DNA from: Chrysomallon squamiferum
Lineage: Eukaryota; Animalia; Mollusca
NCBI GenBank assembly: GCA_012295275.1
Contig: CM022670.1
Location: forward strand, 9,114,001 to 9,178,000
Length of the DNA: 64,000 nucleotides
Direction of reading: 5' to 3'
Shown here: positions 13,383 to 27,900 of the stretch, one piece after another
Layout: the number at the start of each line of letters is the position of its first letter
How positions within the stretch are numbered: the first letter of the stretch is position 1
The notes under the pieces: model-generated
The model's input: only the letters and a program-made list of their open reading frames with translations
The model's database searches: none
What the model was told of the DNA's origin: nothing
Translations under genes and position numbers: made by a program

Positions 13383-14386
13383 TGACATAATTTTGACTGA
13401 AAGATGTAGGTTTAATACAGACTATGATTATATTCTTCATAGGGACTCATATTGATTGTAACAAAAAAAAAAAAAATAATAATAATAATAATAACAAGAA
13501 GTTTGACAGTTTTGCTTTGAAACATTTAGCTTGATCTGTTTAAATGGGAAGAGCTTGCTTGTTGTTAGAGTATGTTTATAGATCTTTAAAATGTTTTATA
13601 AATATTGGTGCAAATGTTAAACGTATGATGTTGACATAATACTGTACAAGATGTTAATTTAGTTATAATTTGTTGTTTTTTTTAGTAAACAAAAAAAAAA
13701 TCTGATTTAAACTATTTTTGTCATAATAATAATAATTATTATAATTATTATTATTTTTTATTTTTTATTTTTTTCTGCAAGTGCAGTAATAATATTTACC
13801 ACATTTCAAACAAAAGATGAAAACAAAAATTACCATACTATAAATTATGAAATGTTTGCTTTAAATATAGACCTACTTTCTTCTTTTTTCTTTCAAAATT
13901 AATTTTTTAATACATATTTCATGAATGAATACAATTATTTTACATCTGTTACTTTTTATCCAACATTTCTCCCATTTGTTATAAAATCAATACAACAGCA
14001 GACTTTGATACGATAAAACCTTTTTCATTTATTTGACTTGTACACAGATGTTTCATGTATATTTGAAATATGATAATCCAAGACTTTTATGGTCATTTCA
14101 TGTAATTAGAAAATTCTGAGACTTTGCTGAATGTGAGACAATCCTTATTATGCCTGGTGCTGTTTTGCACAGTTCTGTGTGTGTTGTTTCTGTACAGCTC
14201 ATTAGTTGCCTTCAGATCTTGGGATGTGTAAAATTAAATTGTATTGTGAATGTTCATGTTACATTTCTATATGGTTACAAGCACAAATTACGAATTACAT
14301 ATTAATGAAATATTGATCTGGTAAAACTTTTTCAGATTAGATAGTCTTGTTTCATGAATCAAAATATAGATTTTTTTCTTTTATTC

Positions 14387-14451
<65 letters not shown>

Positions 14452-14964
14452 TAAATTCTCCACATATCATTTTTTTTTTTAAATTCTATCTTCTTTGTAT
14501 CATGTTTTTAGTGTAAACACATAGTAAAGATCATTTCAAATTGAGTAGTATCTGGTTAACAATTAGTATTCAAATTACAAACAGTATCCATATTACATTA
14601 ACAAAATGGAGACCTGTGTTTGTCAGCAACAAACATCTGTAAATAATTTGAATAAAAACTGAAATAGATATCTAGAAATTTAGATTTTTGATGTCACTTC
14701 TTTGTAGCAAAATGTAAAATCAGTGGTGATGTGTTTTTAAAACAGTAATAAACAACACTTTAAAAACATTTTTAAATGTTGAAGGACAAAGAAGTGTTTT
14801 TTAGGTGCTCGTAATATTTTTAATGAAGATTAGGCATTTTAAATAACATTTGTGCATATTATTTTAATTGAATAAAGCAGAATGTTGTGGATACATCAAG
14901 TCATTTTCCTTTGAGACATCATTACAAAACAACAGTTATGTGACAGTAATCTCACTGCATGCTT

Positions 14965-14966
<2 letters not shown>

Positions 14967-15033
<67 letters not shown>
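14967..15033. repeat. (AAT)n directly followed by (ATT)n, self-complementary microsatellite
   Basis: Directly visible; a pure (TTA)n run also lies at 14388-14450. Confidence 0.9.
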
Positions 15034-18000
15034 GTAAAAATTTATTAATATTCAAATGATTCAAAATAAGTGCTTTAGATGTGTTCAAAGGAACAAGTGT
15101 CTCCTATCACATTCTATAAAATTATATAATAGTATCATTTACTGTAAATTAGAAAACATAATAATTTACTTTTAAATGGGAAAACACACACCTACTGTGT
15201 TACTACAAAACGACATCAGGTTACTGATATTTTTTTTTTTTTTTTTTTTTTTTACTCTTTCTGGTTGGAGTCTGTTAATAAAGTGCTTAAATCATGATTA
15301 TTATGTGTCCATATATCACCTTGAAGTTAAATGTTTTCTAGTGAGCTGTTTTACTTTATAGATTATGGTGCCATTACAACTGCATATTTTATAAGAATTG
15401 GGCCATTGATCTACAGCAAAAAAAATAAATCCAACTAAATTAAAAAAAAACAGCCAAGAGTCATTAAAATACATCATGCTGTTATTTTGATTTCTCTTTC
15501 CCTCATTTCAATAACCTGCAAACTATCTTTTTTCAGTGCTTGTATACGATCATGCTTTTAAGATCAAAATTATTGAAACTGAATGTTATTTATTGTTGTG
15601 AATGTCTTGTAAATCCAGTAATAATATTTTCATTCTATGCATAAGTTGACTCTTTCCCTGTTTGTTGTATTGTGTAATATCTAAATATTTATGTAAAAAA
15701 AAAAAAATAACATTGTCTATGCATAATTTTTGTCAGTGCCTCAGTAGACTAATTCTGGAACAAGTCTGGAAAAGGTTATAAAAATGTAGAGAAGAAAAAC
15801 AAAGATAATAAGGTTTACATGAAAAGATAAGAAGATAACCATGGAAATTCATTGTAGGTAAAAATAAGAGTTAAGGACTGAATAGAAAATTTTGAAAAAT
15901 ATAATAACTGGAGATCATTAAGTAAGAGAATATTTCAGAAAGGTTACATACAGTGATATTTTTTAGAGGAATGGGGCTGATGGGGAAAAGAAGCATTTTA
16001 TGACATATTTGTATTGTAAGATATAATGAGAGCACTGTTTCCTTCCAGGCAAGATAGCATTTGTGTTAATGCAGCCATTTGTAGCTTTGAAAATTCAAAT
16101 CATTGTATCAGCCTAGACTATTTTAACAAATTCAATTCTAGACTGTTTTTAGTTTCACAAATGCAATACCATTGTCTTTTGGGCAATTGTAGGTTCATAA
16201 AATTAAAAATTTATGTCTATCCTAAACTGTTGTTATCTCCACAGATTCTTTATCATTTTATGTAGTAAACTATTTTATGTTTTAGCTTAACACATCCAAT
16301 ACCACTCTCTACCTATTCTATTTGTTGATTCACCAATTAAAAGTCATGATGTTTTTTTTTTTATCTCCTACATTATTTTAGCTTCACAAACTGAAAAAAC
16401 CACTGTTTTAATTTCTTTTAGTCTCATGAATATTTATAACTTGTTTCTACTACACTGTTTTATATTCACAAATTAAAAACTGTTGTGAATTTTCCATACA
16501 ATTTTGGGTCCGCTTCAAAGTGTAATTCAGGATTTCCTGTGTCACCAGGGTGCTGTGTTTATGTAATACTTTCCAGTTCATTTATACCTCTACCACTGTC
16601 CATTGAAATTCATGCCTTGTGACCCATGGTCTTAGTGTTAATAGCAGAGGAAGAAGAGAGAATAAAAAAAGCTTATTTGTTTGTTGTATGGTGTAAGTAT
16701 TGTTACTGTATATTTGTTTGCCAAGTTAAAAATATATATATCACAAATATTATATGTTTTCAGTTGTGTATTGTGATTCAATAAAAAATAAATTATGCTA
16801 TGTTTTTATTGTCATTTATTTTGTGAAAAAAAAAAAGAACTTAAAATTCATTTCTTTCTTTCTTTCTTCCTTTTTTTTTTAAATCTGTTTTTTATTTTTG
16901 TATTATTCATTTATTTGTTAAATGTTTCAGTATTATTTACTCATTTATTTTATGGCAGAATAAATGTGCATTGTGACAGTTTATTGTTCAAATGTGAAAT
17001 GCAAACAAATCACCAATTGAAAATGAACATTAGAATTTTAAAAAAACCATTCTTCAATTTAGCAGAATGTCTCTACTGTCTTTTAATCATTATTTTATTT
17101 GTTTTTATTGTTTTCTCTCTTCACAAATTAACAGTAAATACCAACATATAATACAGAAATGAAAGATGAAAAACCAGATTTATTTAAAAATTATATAAAC
17201 AACAAGAATTATATAAATATCACTCTGCAACAGTAAGCCTCGTGTTAAAGATCTGCATGCTCAGAAACAGTAAACAACAATATAGGTACTGAACCAGCAC
17301 AAAGTTAAACTGAATATCACAGAATCAAAATACTTAAAACTCAGTACAATGATGCACTGTTAGAGCTGACTTCTGTTTTTATAATTAAATTTGTGATTCT
17401 AAAATTTGTAAAATATTGTTCTAATAAATATTGGCTTTTTGCATTAAATATACATTAAATATATATTTCAAAAAAATTAAAAAAAAAAAAATGTATAATT
17501 ATAAAACACCTTTCTTTTTAAATTCAGTATAAAATCATGGAATAATGGCAAAAAGTGTGTTCAGCCAAATAGATTAAGGATTTCAGTTTAAATTTTAAAA
17601 TCTCTGTTTGAGTACTGTCAAAGTGGATTTGTAACTAAGGTAGGTGTCTTGTATAGAGCAAAATGAGTTCTGTACACTTTCTGCAGAGCTGATCCAGTTG
17701 TGAGATCATTATAACAAAATACAACAAGACCAGATGAGAACCTGCTTCAGCCAAAAAAAAACAAAAAAAACAACAAACATTTACAATAATAATAGAAGTA
17801 ACAACAAAAAGAAGAAGAAGAACAAAATAATAGTAATATTATTAAGTACAGTGTTAGAAAAAAATAAAATAATGAAATACAATTCAGCAACATCTATATT
17901 ATCATCCAGACATTTTTTATTCATAATGACCAAATAATGTTTGCTCTATCAGTAGTTTTGATATAACAAGTTTTCTTCTTCAGCAGACTGCCATGTTACT

Positions 18001-19077
18001 GTCCTCAGTGATTAAATAGTCAGGTCACAAGAAGAATGGGAATTGATCTCTCACTGAAGGATTTCAGCCAGATCCTTAACAAGAATAAAAGACCCCAAGT
18101 TCGCAACTAAATAATGTGCCTATCACTGGCAACACTGTTATTCAGATTCAAGAGTAATAACAGTGGAAGTGTGTCAGATAGAAAATATCCATTTAAGTAT
18201 GTGAGCCTAAAACTGATAATAAAGTTATTAAAAAAAGAAGAAGAAAAAAGATTAGAAAAACATAAACAAACAAACATTTAAAAACCTGTTATTTAAGCCT
18301 ATGAAACCAGGCATTTAGTTTTAACGTGTCTGGAAAAATGGTGACAGAAATTTAAGTCTAATGAAATCTGAACAGTCACCTGGTTTGACAGACTAAGTGT
18401 AATATGTACTAAAACTGGTTAAAAGATGATCATATATTTCAGAAAGTTCGACAGGCACAAAGAATTTGGCTATAAAATGTGTGTTTAGTGGTTCAGTTAA
18501 ATGTGTTATAGTGTTAAGGACTTTGAATAAATGCTCAATTTGACAGATCAAATGTAACATATACATGTACATGTATTTATGTCAGTTAAACACTAATTAT
18601 TAGTGATTATACTTTAGTATTTCAGTTCTGTACAAGAATTTTATAAATATTCATAGATTTTCATTTTAGTCTTTGTTTTTAACATAACAGATATAGCTCT
18701 CTGTTGAAACTGAGTAATCAAGTAATGACTGAATATATGAAAATAGTGTATATTCCTCCCACTGGTTTAAAGCACTAACTAAATGCAAGAAGGCACAACA
18801 TTAATTCAAACCTCTAAATATTTCAGACTTTGTAGTTCCATCCATTTCTTTCTGATAAATCAGACTCCATTTTAGTTTTAATTATATAAATACCAAGAAA
18901 TCAGAATCCACAATTCTGATTCTTTTTCCTTCTATTATTTCATATCTACGTAGCTGGTAGCTGAGGTAGTAATCATTTTTGACTCACTTTTAAATATTTA
19001 TGTACAGATTATGCTCAGTTTTGTTCTAATTATTATTATTATTATTAATATTATTATTATTATTATTATTATTATTT

Positions 19078-19115
<38 letters not shown>

Positions 19116-19273
19116 CATCATAACAAATCATGATTATTCCATATTTTACTATATTTATCTTAATTGTATTACTGTAATCAGCCATTTTCTATGATTTTTA
19201 TTTTAGCAATATAATCAGCTTGTTTTTCATTGTTTTCATTTAAACAATACGGTTGGGTATTTTCATTTTAATA

Positions 19274-19419
19274 CTATAATCGACTGTTTTCCATCTCCTT
19301 GGCAGCTAGGTTTGTTTTTCTCTTCAGTGAAAGTCTTCGGAGAACTTTTCCTCTCTTGATTTCATTCACAAGATTATCCACAATCTTTTTATCCTTATGC
19401 GAAATGTCTTGATATGCAC
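19274..19419 (-). CDS. INF2: INF2-like exon 14 (WH2/DAD motif, stop TAG)
   Basis: tctccag|[31 protein letters not shown]. Confidence 0.88.
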
Positions 19420-22400
19420 CTGGAGAAAAATACAACAGTTAATGCATCAGAATGAACACAGATTCGACTAAAATGGTAGGTTTATTTATTATCTGAGCCA
19501 GTGATTCTAGAGGCAATGGCCTGGAGGGACGATAAAGACAATTAATTTCAGTCTGTCCTGTATATCTGCCTCAGTGTACATTGGAAATGAAAATGTTTTA
19601 TGGAAAGGATGGTGTGCTGATGATGGTGATCAAAAGCAAATCAGATAATTTGGGAACCACTGATTTAAGCACATATGAAGAATTAGCTGGGATGTTTACA
19701 GAATCTAATGACATAAAAGATTGTTACATACAGCTTTTCTTAATAAAGTGAGATATTCTCTTTGGATTATTCTCATGGCTTTAATTTCAGTGATACGATT
19801 GTCATTTCTGTTTTATTTAATCAAAAGATTGAAAAGGAAAAACTGACAGAAGGATTCGCACTCACTTTTTCTTCTTTCTGCCAGTTCTTCTTGAGTCCTT
19901 CTCCTCCTCTCTGCCTTTTCAGCTTGTTGTTTTCTGCTTTCTAACTCCTAAAACAAAAATTATTATTAGTTAGCAGTATAGCATTTAACAAAACTCGATA
20001 ATATCAGAAATTTTAAATATTAATAATAAAATTCATGTTGAATATTTTCTAAATAATTTGGTATCATTTTAATTTTGAACACATCCTTTCATGGATCAGG
20101 CCCTGACCATGTGTGACATGTCCCTATTTTTTCTTCATCCCATCCACCACCCAGTAAGCCTCTACAATCCTGCCATATTCTCTGCTATTTTGTCCTTTCC
20201 CTAATCCCTGCCACTCTGTCCTTTCCCTAATCCCTGCCACTCTGTCCTTTCCCTAATCCCTGCCACTCTGTCCTTTCCCTAATCCCTGGTACTCTGTCCT
20301 TTCCCTAATCCCTGGTACTCTGTCCTTTCCCTAATCCCTGGTACTCTGTCCTTTCCCTAATCCCTGGTACTCTGTCCTTTCCCTAATCCCTGCCCTCTGT
20401 CCTTTCCCTAATCCCTGGTACTCTGTCCTTTCCCTAATCCCTGCCACTCTGTCCTTTCCCTAATCCCTGGTACTCTGTCCTTTCCCTAATCCCTGATACT
20501 CTCTGCAAGATTTACTAAAACAGTACCTGTTGACAAGCCTTCACCTTCTCACAGAACTCGCGGAAAACATCGAGAAATTCATTCAGATGGAAGGTTTTTT
20601 CATTTTCACAGAAGTGTACAGCCAGTCTCTGTGACAGCTTTGATAGTCTTTCTAAAGCCTCTTCCACATCTCCAATATCAGTGTCTGCCTCCTGGTGGTA
20701 AAACAAACAACCTTTATTTTGTGTCAACAAACACCTAATTTATTGTTATTGTTATTATTAATACTTATTATTTATTTTTGCACACACAGACAGATTAGGA
20801 TTGGAAACACTGATCAGTTATTGCAACATGATTAACCTTTGTGTTATGTAAAACAAACATAACATGATAAAAAAAGCAATGCATTCTCAGACTTCTCCTG
20901 AAAACATGTCTCAAATATTCCTGTAAGAAGATGAAGTTGTAGATTTTTTAGTTGTTGTTTTACTTCACTTCAAACAGAACCTCAGCCAAAAGCTCTATTG
21001 CACAAAAGCTCTGTTAATTTGATAAAAAAAAATAAAAAAAGCAATTTTTGGGGAAGATCTGATTGATAATTTTTTTTATAAATAAAATCTTCTTTAAATT
21101 AATTAATAGGATATTCATATGTGGGACAGTTATTAAAAGCTGCTCAGTCCTAACTGGTAGGAATAACCCTCACAGTTCAGCAGGAGTAATCCCTGCAGTT
21201 TCAAAACCAGGATATCCTGTCAGTTATGTACAGTAAACTTAACAAGGTAACAAACTTCATGTGTTTCTGTATCATAAAACATTTATATTGTTTCCTCTTT
21301 AAAATTTAAATATTCATTTAATTATAAAACAGTAACTGAATGTTAGATTTTTTAAAAAACTAGCATTTCCTGAATAAATATATTACAGTAACTGAAAATA
21401 ATAAAATTTTCCTGAATGAAGAAAAAACCAGCATGACTGACCTCTATGAAATCTTGAAACTTAGCAACAACATCACTGTCGGCATCCTGTAGCTGTTGTT
21501 TTAACTTCTCCACGTTGCTCTTCACCTGTTTAAACTCTGACTTGATGTTGTCTAGACTGAACCTGAAATAAATTATTTATTTAGAAATGTGTGATGTAAA
21601 AAAACTACCATTAATATGACTTTATTTTACTTTATATTTTATTTTTTCAAACAAAAGTTTTGGTCTAAAAACCATTAACTTAAAGAACTTAAGAATTTAA
21701 TATTAAATATAAAATGAACAGTATGTTTTTTAATCACAGACCTTTTAAGCAGTCCACATATAACAAAACCTTTTATTATTTGTTTTCATCACTATTTAAA
21801 TGATAATATTCCTAATCCAAAAAAATAAAAAAGCTCATAATCCACATAAAAATCTTTATTATTATTTTTTTAAATGGAAAGAAAAAGAAAAAGAACAAGG
21901 GCCATTCAGTTTACAATTAATGAAAAAGAAAAAAAGACATGTTTTGTGATTTTTATTTTCTTATCTTGTTGATGTTATTTGTACAAAACAAATCTTCCCA
22001 CTACAATATATAAACTTTTTAGTAAACTGATATGTAATGTACACACTATGTTTTTATTTCTTTCCCTTGAATAAAAGACCTTGACAATAAAGATCAGTTC
22101 CCCAAAAATGTTTCAGTCTCTTTGGATTACACAACCAAAACATATCTAGAAAGTAGAATATCTCACAGAATACATCTAACATCTGATATAAAATATAATA
22201 TGGTATATATTTTAACTCTTAAATTTCTTTTGTGAGGATTTCGTTTTTGTAACAAAAAATCTTATGTAAAATATAATACTCTATATATTTTAACTCTTAA
22301 ATTCTTTTTATGAGGATTTTGTTTTCATAAAAAAAACCACACAGCCTAAATGGTTTTATAAAAGTAAGACAGTTGATGTTTATTTTAAATTTAGGATTGC

Positions 22401-23109
22401 TGTTATTTATTTTTTTTTAATCTTATTTATGTTTTTTAATTTTATTTTATTGTTAACAATAGAATAATACAGTCAAGGTACATCTTACTTGTATTTTTTA
22501 ACTTTATATTATTTATTTATTTATTTATTTATTTTTATTAGTTATTTATTTATTAAATTCTTTGTTATTAATAGTGTAACATAATCTGACTGCATTTATT
22601 TAACTTCATTGCAACTGAAAAACATACAAAAAAGAACAGTGAAATTATTGTCATATAAAGAGTTCATAAACTATAATTATTATTAAAGTTAAAACATACA
22701 CTGCTAAAAAGCATTTCATTAACTATGTGAAAATATATATATGTATATGTAAATACACACACACACAGTTACAAAAATACACAGATATACACAAACACAT
22801 GCACATAACTATACTTCCATAAAGACAAGTTGAAAGATTAACAGATAGCTAGATATCTAAAGTTTATTACAAATCTTTTTTTTACACATTCACAGCTAAA
22901 CATAAACATACCCAATCCACTCTACTTTGTAGGTTTTATAAATATCATTTTACATCAGAAATAACAGACACCATAAATCACATATTTAAAAGATACCTGA
23001 ACTGGCCTTGCATTAGTGCATTAAAAAAATAATACTTGGTTAGATTCATGTTAATATTTATACACAACACACACACATACATACATACATATATGTGTAT
23101 ATATGATGA

Positions 23110-23166
<57 letters not shown>

Positions 23167-23210
23167 TACATACATATACATATGTGTGTATATATGTGTG
23201 TATGTATGTC

Positions 23211-23263
<53 letters not shown>

Positions 23264-24887
23264 ACACACATATATACACACATATTTATACACACACACA
23301 CAAACACACACACACACACATTGTTTATATATATATATATAAGTAAACCTGATGAATGTAGAGCTGTTTGGAGGTTACAAACCTGGAGGCTTTCTGCAGT
23401 GGTTCCAGCAAGTCTTCTATGAAAGAAAGAGCATTTTTGTTTTTCTCTTCCATCGTCTCTACGACGTGATGCAACAACGTCATTCGCGGCGTGTTGGATT
23501 TCATCATCGCCATCTTGTTCAGAGAACTCATTTTGAAAGCAACACAATCTCCAGCATTACTTCCCTGAAAATGTATACCATTATTTTTATATGTTTATGT
23601 GTGTCTCTCTGTTTGTGTCTATATATACATGTGTGTGTATAAGTGTACATGTCTGTCTCTATATGTATGTAAGTATCTGTATGTCTGTGTGTACATATGT
23701 ATATATATATATTCATGTATGTATCTGTGTGTGAATATGTGTATGTGTGTGTTTATATATATATATGTAAATTTCAACACCATTTGACAATCATCATTTT
23801 CAATACACATAAATATAAACAAACAAAAACACAAACATATTATTTATTTTTCCACACAAGCACTGGAAAATAATTCATATCTGATTAAATATAATTTAAA
23901 AAAAAGAAACAAAACCTTTAAATTAAATCACTTTTACACATTACATCACTTTCAATAAAGCAGCTATTTCCAGTGTTCCTCCTGTATATGGGATGGTGCA
24001 CATAAAAAGATAGCTTGCTGTTAAATTATATGAGCAATTAACAAAGTAACTACAGAAAGTGTAAAAAAAAAAAAAAAAATATTTTAACAAATATCTCATA
24101 CAGAAGATCAAGATAAAACTGTCTAGATTCAGCTCATAATTAATACCTGAATTTTAATCATTCCCTGTTTGTTTTAAAAGAAATATTAACATCAACATAA
24201 CAAGGATGAATGTTAACTGCTGTATGATTTCTAGCTGAACAATAATGATGATATTTCACCTGATTAATGAAGTTGCCAGCATGAAGGACATAACGTAAAA
24301 ACACTTTCAGTGCTTTGTTGTCCATCAGTGTCCTGCAGATGGAGTTAAGAAGCTGAATGTTTGGTCTGATTGACCCCAGCTGCGAGTTGAAGTCCCCCTT
24401 CAGCAACATCCCCTCCACTCGCACTTTGTACATAGGAATTTGAAAAAGATGGTAAAAGAATTTTTCTGCATTTCCAAGCCGACTGACATCACCATCAAAA
24501 TGTTGAATGACATCAATCTACAAAAAAAAAAAATAAATAAAAATAAATAAAAAAATAAAAAATAAACAAATAAATAAATAAATTAATGTACATAAAAACA
24601 GAAAAAAAAACAATTGTTTATATTCTTGTTAAATAGATGATTTTCTGTTAAGATTTCAGAAGAGAAATCTTCTTACAGGATAGGTTGCAGATTATTACAG
24701 CTACTCATTACAAATAAATTTCCTTTTACTTTGTTTACTGCAGTATTATTACTGGAGTTTCAATATCTATAATGTTGATTCTTATGGTAAAATAAAACCA
24801 ATGATATGAACAGAAAGAAAAAAAATAAATGACAAAAGAAGAATAAATAATGTGAAAACAAAAGACAGAAAAAAATAAATAAAATAA

Positions 24888-24945
<58 letters not shown>

Positions 24946-27900
24946 TAATAAATTAATAAATAAATAAATAAACAAAAATACAGAAATTAGGTTTAACACA
25001 ATCTCAGCAATGGATTACTTTATTTTTAGAGCATGAAGAGTTACCTCATCTTGCTGTGGCAGTATTTTCAGCAGACCTCGGAGTTTTTCAACCCCGAACG
25101 ATCTCGCATCACAGTTTTTGATCATCTCAATAATCTGCTCATTTGTTTTTCTGAACTGTTTGAGAAAAATGTTGATGTTCATACTCCTCTTTGGGTCCAG
25201 AAGTGTGATCTGAAATTTAAAAATAAAAATTTAAATAAAACAATAAAATGATCGGGTAATAAATTGTGACATATGAGGGGCTCAGATCCACGTTCGTTTT
25301 ATCCAAAAGAAATAAGAAATGAAAAACAGGTGCTGATAACATCCATTTGTCCCCTGTGTCAACTATATTAAACTATAAGTACAAACAACTTAAAATGTTT
25401 ATAAAACTTTATTTAATTTTACACTTTAAGAATTTTTATTTAGATACTTTAATATTTAATAACTTCAAATTACTTGTTGCCTTGAAATAATGCACTGTGG
25501 ATAAAACCTATGGTAATTCAATAAATAAATTTATAATATTAAAAATATATAACTCTTTGTCACAAATAACAGTAATTAATCATGTTTCAGGAAGGTCTAT
25601 TTAAAAAAAAATGTCTACCTCTGAGCTGGTAGACTGTCGTCTCATGAGTTTTTCATCCTGTGGCACGTCTGGAATCACAGCTGTTTTCTGAGAAAACATT
25701 TCTTCAAGTCTGTCGTATTCCACCTTGACAGCATCCTTCATTTTCAGAACATCTTCCCAAACACTGTTTCCTGATAAAGAAAATTAAATAATAACAAACA
25801 AACAAACAAAAAAAAAAAAAAAAAAATAAATAAAAAAATAAAAAATAAATAAATAAATAAATAAATTATAAATAAAAAGTATTTTTATTTCAAATTAAAT
25901 ATAAATTATTTGATCATTTATTCATTTATTTTATTTCAATTTTTATTTTAAAACCATTTCATAGGTTCATGTTTAAAATTAAAAAAAAAAAATTAATAAT
26001 AATAAAAATTAAAAATTAAATTAAATAAAAACCTAAAAAGAACAAGTAACACAACACCATTTATCCCACTTTCACCCGATCCTCTTAATAAATATGTTTT
26101 AGATGCTCCGACGTTAAAAATAATTCAATCAATTTATATCCATCGTGTTTACTAATCTAAGGGGAATAACTCTCATAACTTAAGAACAAATAGAGTTAAG
26201 TACCTTACTAAATATCTCGTAAAAATTGTTTAATACATTTTATGTAAATTTGATCGTCGATGTTATTCTTTTGATGCAACAGCAAGATCAAAATAATACT
26301 TGGTTACATTAAGTTTGATGTTCTGATTGAGAAAAATGGACTTTTTATTCAAACTGTCAATTCGTTTTTAACACAGTGATAAAATATTCTATTAATCTTA
26401 TATTAAATTTTATTTATTTAAATATAATTAATATTTCTTTATTTTACTTCCTTACTTACCTCCTACATATTTAATTACTCATTTCTAAATAATCAACTTG
26501 TTTACTTATTTATATTTAAAATATCTTACTATGAATATTATGAGGTAATATCTTGTTCCAAACAAAGTGCTTCATCTTGCAGTGTGGCTGTGGTGTTTTA
26601 ATGCCATCTATCTGGACTCCTGCAGGAGACAGTCCTTGTCTAACATGATTTAGTGGCATTCCAGGAGAAGGGGGAGGCAGTGGTGGAGGGGAACCGAACA
26701 TAGGCGGAGGAGGGGGAGGCGAACCCGGTGATGTAGACGCTCCTGGAGGTGGAGGTGGTGGTGGTGGTGGCGGAGGTCCTGACCCTGGAGGAGGGGGAGG
26801 TGGTGGTGGTGGTGGTGGAGGAGGACCTGAACCTGGGGGAAGTGGAGGTGGTGGTGGTGGTGGTGGTGGTGGAGGGGGCACTGATCCTGGTGGCGGCGCT
26901 GTTTCTGATGGTGCGTTTCCTTTCTGACTTCTTCGACCAAGTATTGCACTAGCACGTGAAAGACCTCTTGGTGACATCACACATTCGTCCGTCTGGACTT
27001 CTTTATCACATCTGTTGTCAGCCGACAGCTGACGGTTGGCTTTAGTTATGTTTTCTACAGCCTGCTGAGCAAACCTCTCTATCGCGATCCACGTCGATTC
27101 GCTATACAGCAAAATACATAAAACAAATACAATAATAACTCATCACAGTCATAATCATCATGATCATTATTACTATTACTATTATTATTATTATTATAAA
27201 TATTATCATTACTACTATTATTACTACTACTACTATAAAATATGTATTACAGAATCATTCTTTGTTGGAAGACCATTTTTGTTCTGTACAATTAACATCC
27301 TCGTAGCATGAAATTAAATCGTTCTGGGCTGATGATGATGATGATAAATAAATAAATAAAATCTTAATATCAGTTTATTTAACACGTACGTTTGAACTAC
27401 TGTATGTTGAGACCGCCATTTAAACGTGTATTTAATAGAACACGTTAAACAAAATAATTCTTAAATATTCAGATACTCCTAATAATTATCTGAAAATTGT
27501 TTATTTTATGTTTTTAGCTTAGCATCAATCACTGCACAACTAACTTTTTCTCTTTCTTCATTTTTATTTATTTATTTATTTATTATATATATATTTCTTT
27601 TCTTAATGACCGTTTATATTAAGGATGTGGTTTAAGATTTGAAAGCTGGTGTGACTAAATAAACAAACCTCTGTGTTGTGTTGGGCTCAATCTGATACAG
27701 GCTGTACAGAATGCCAAGAAAGGAAGCACCAGTAGGACAGTCACCAACCTGGAGCAAAAAAGAAGAAAAAAGAGTTACATTTAAATATGCCCAGTACATT
27801 ATTATTATTATTATTATAACAGTGAACATTTTGGTGATATTTAATGGGGTTTTTAAAAAAAAATTTTTTTTAACAACAGTTCATATTCTTTGTATCAATG

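Noticed and set aside
13380-13390. Stop-codon readthrough or selenocysteine at the TRIM TGA
   Set aside because: The protein ends at the conserved YLQ terminus and a second in-frame TGA follows immediately.
18899-18921. 9-bp perfect hairpin AATCAGAAT-ccaca-ATTCTGATT in the presumed INF2 3' UTR
   Set aside because: A short AT-rich stem is expected by chance in 64 kb; no recognisable RNA motif.
20191-20501. CRISPR array or interstitial telomere
   Set aside because: Units are directly adjacent with no unique spacers, there are no cas genes, the context is eukaryotic, and TTAGGG occurs once per unit rather than in tandem.
26040-26345. Possible DNA-transposon remnant (also near 18280-18520 and 39520-39670)
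   Set aside because: The sequence texture is suggestive, but I could not define terminal repeats or target duplications.
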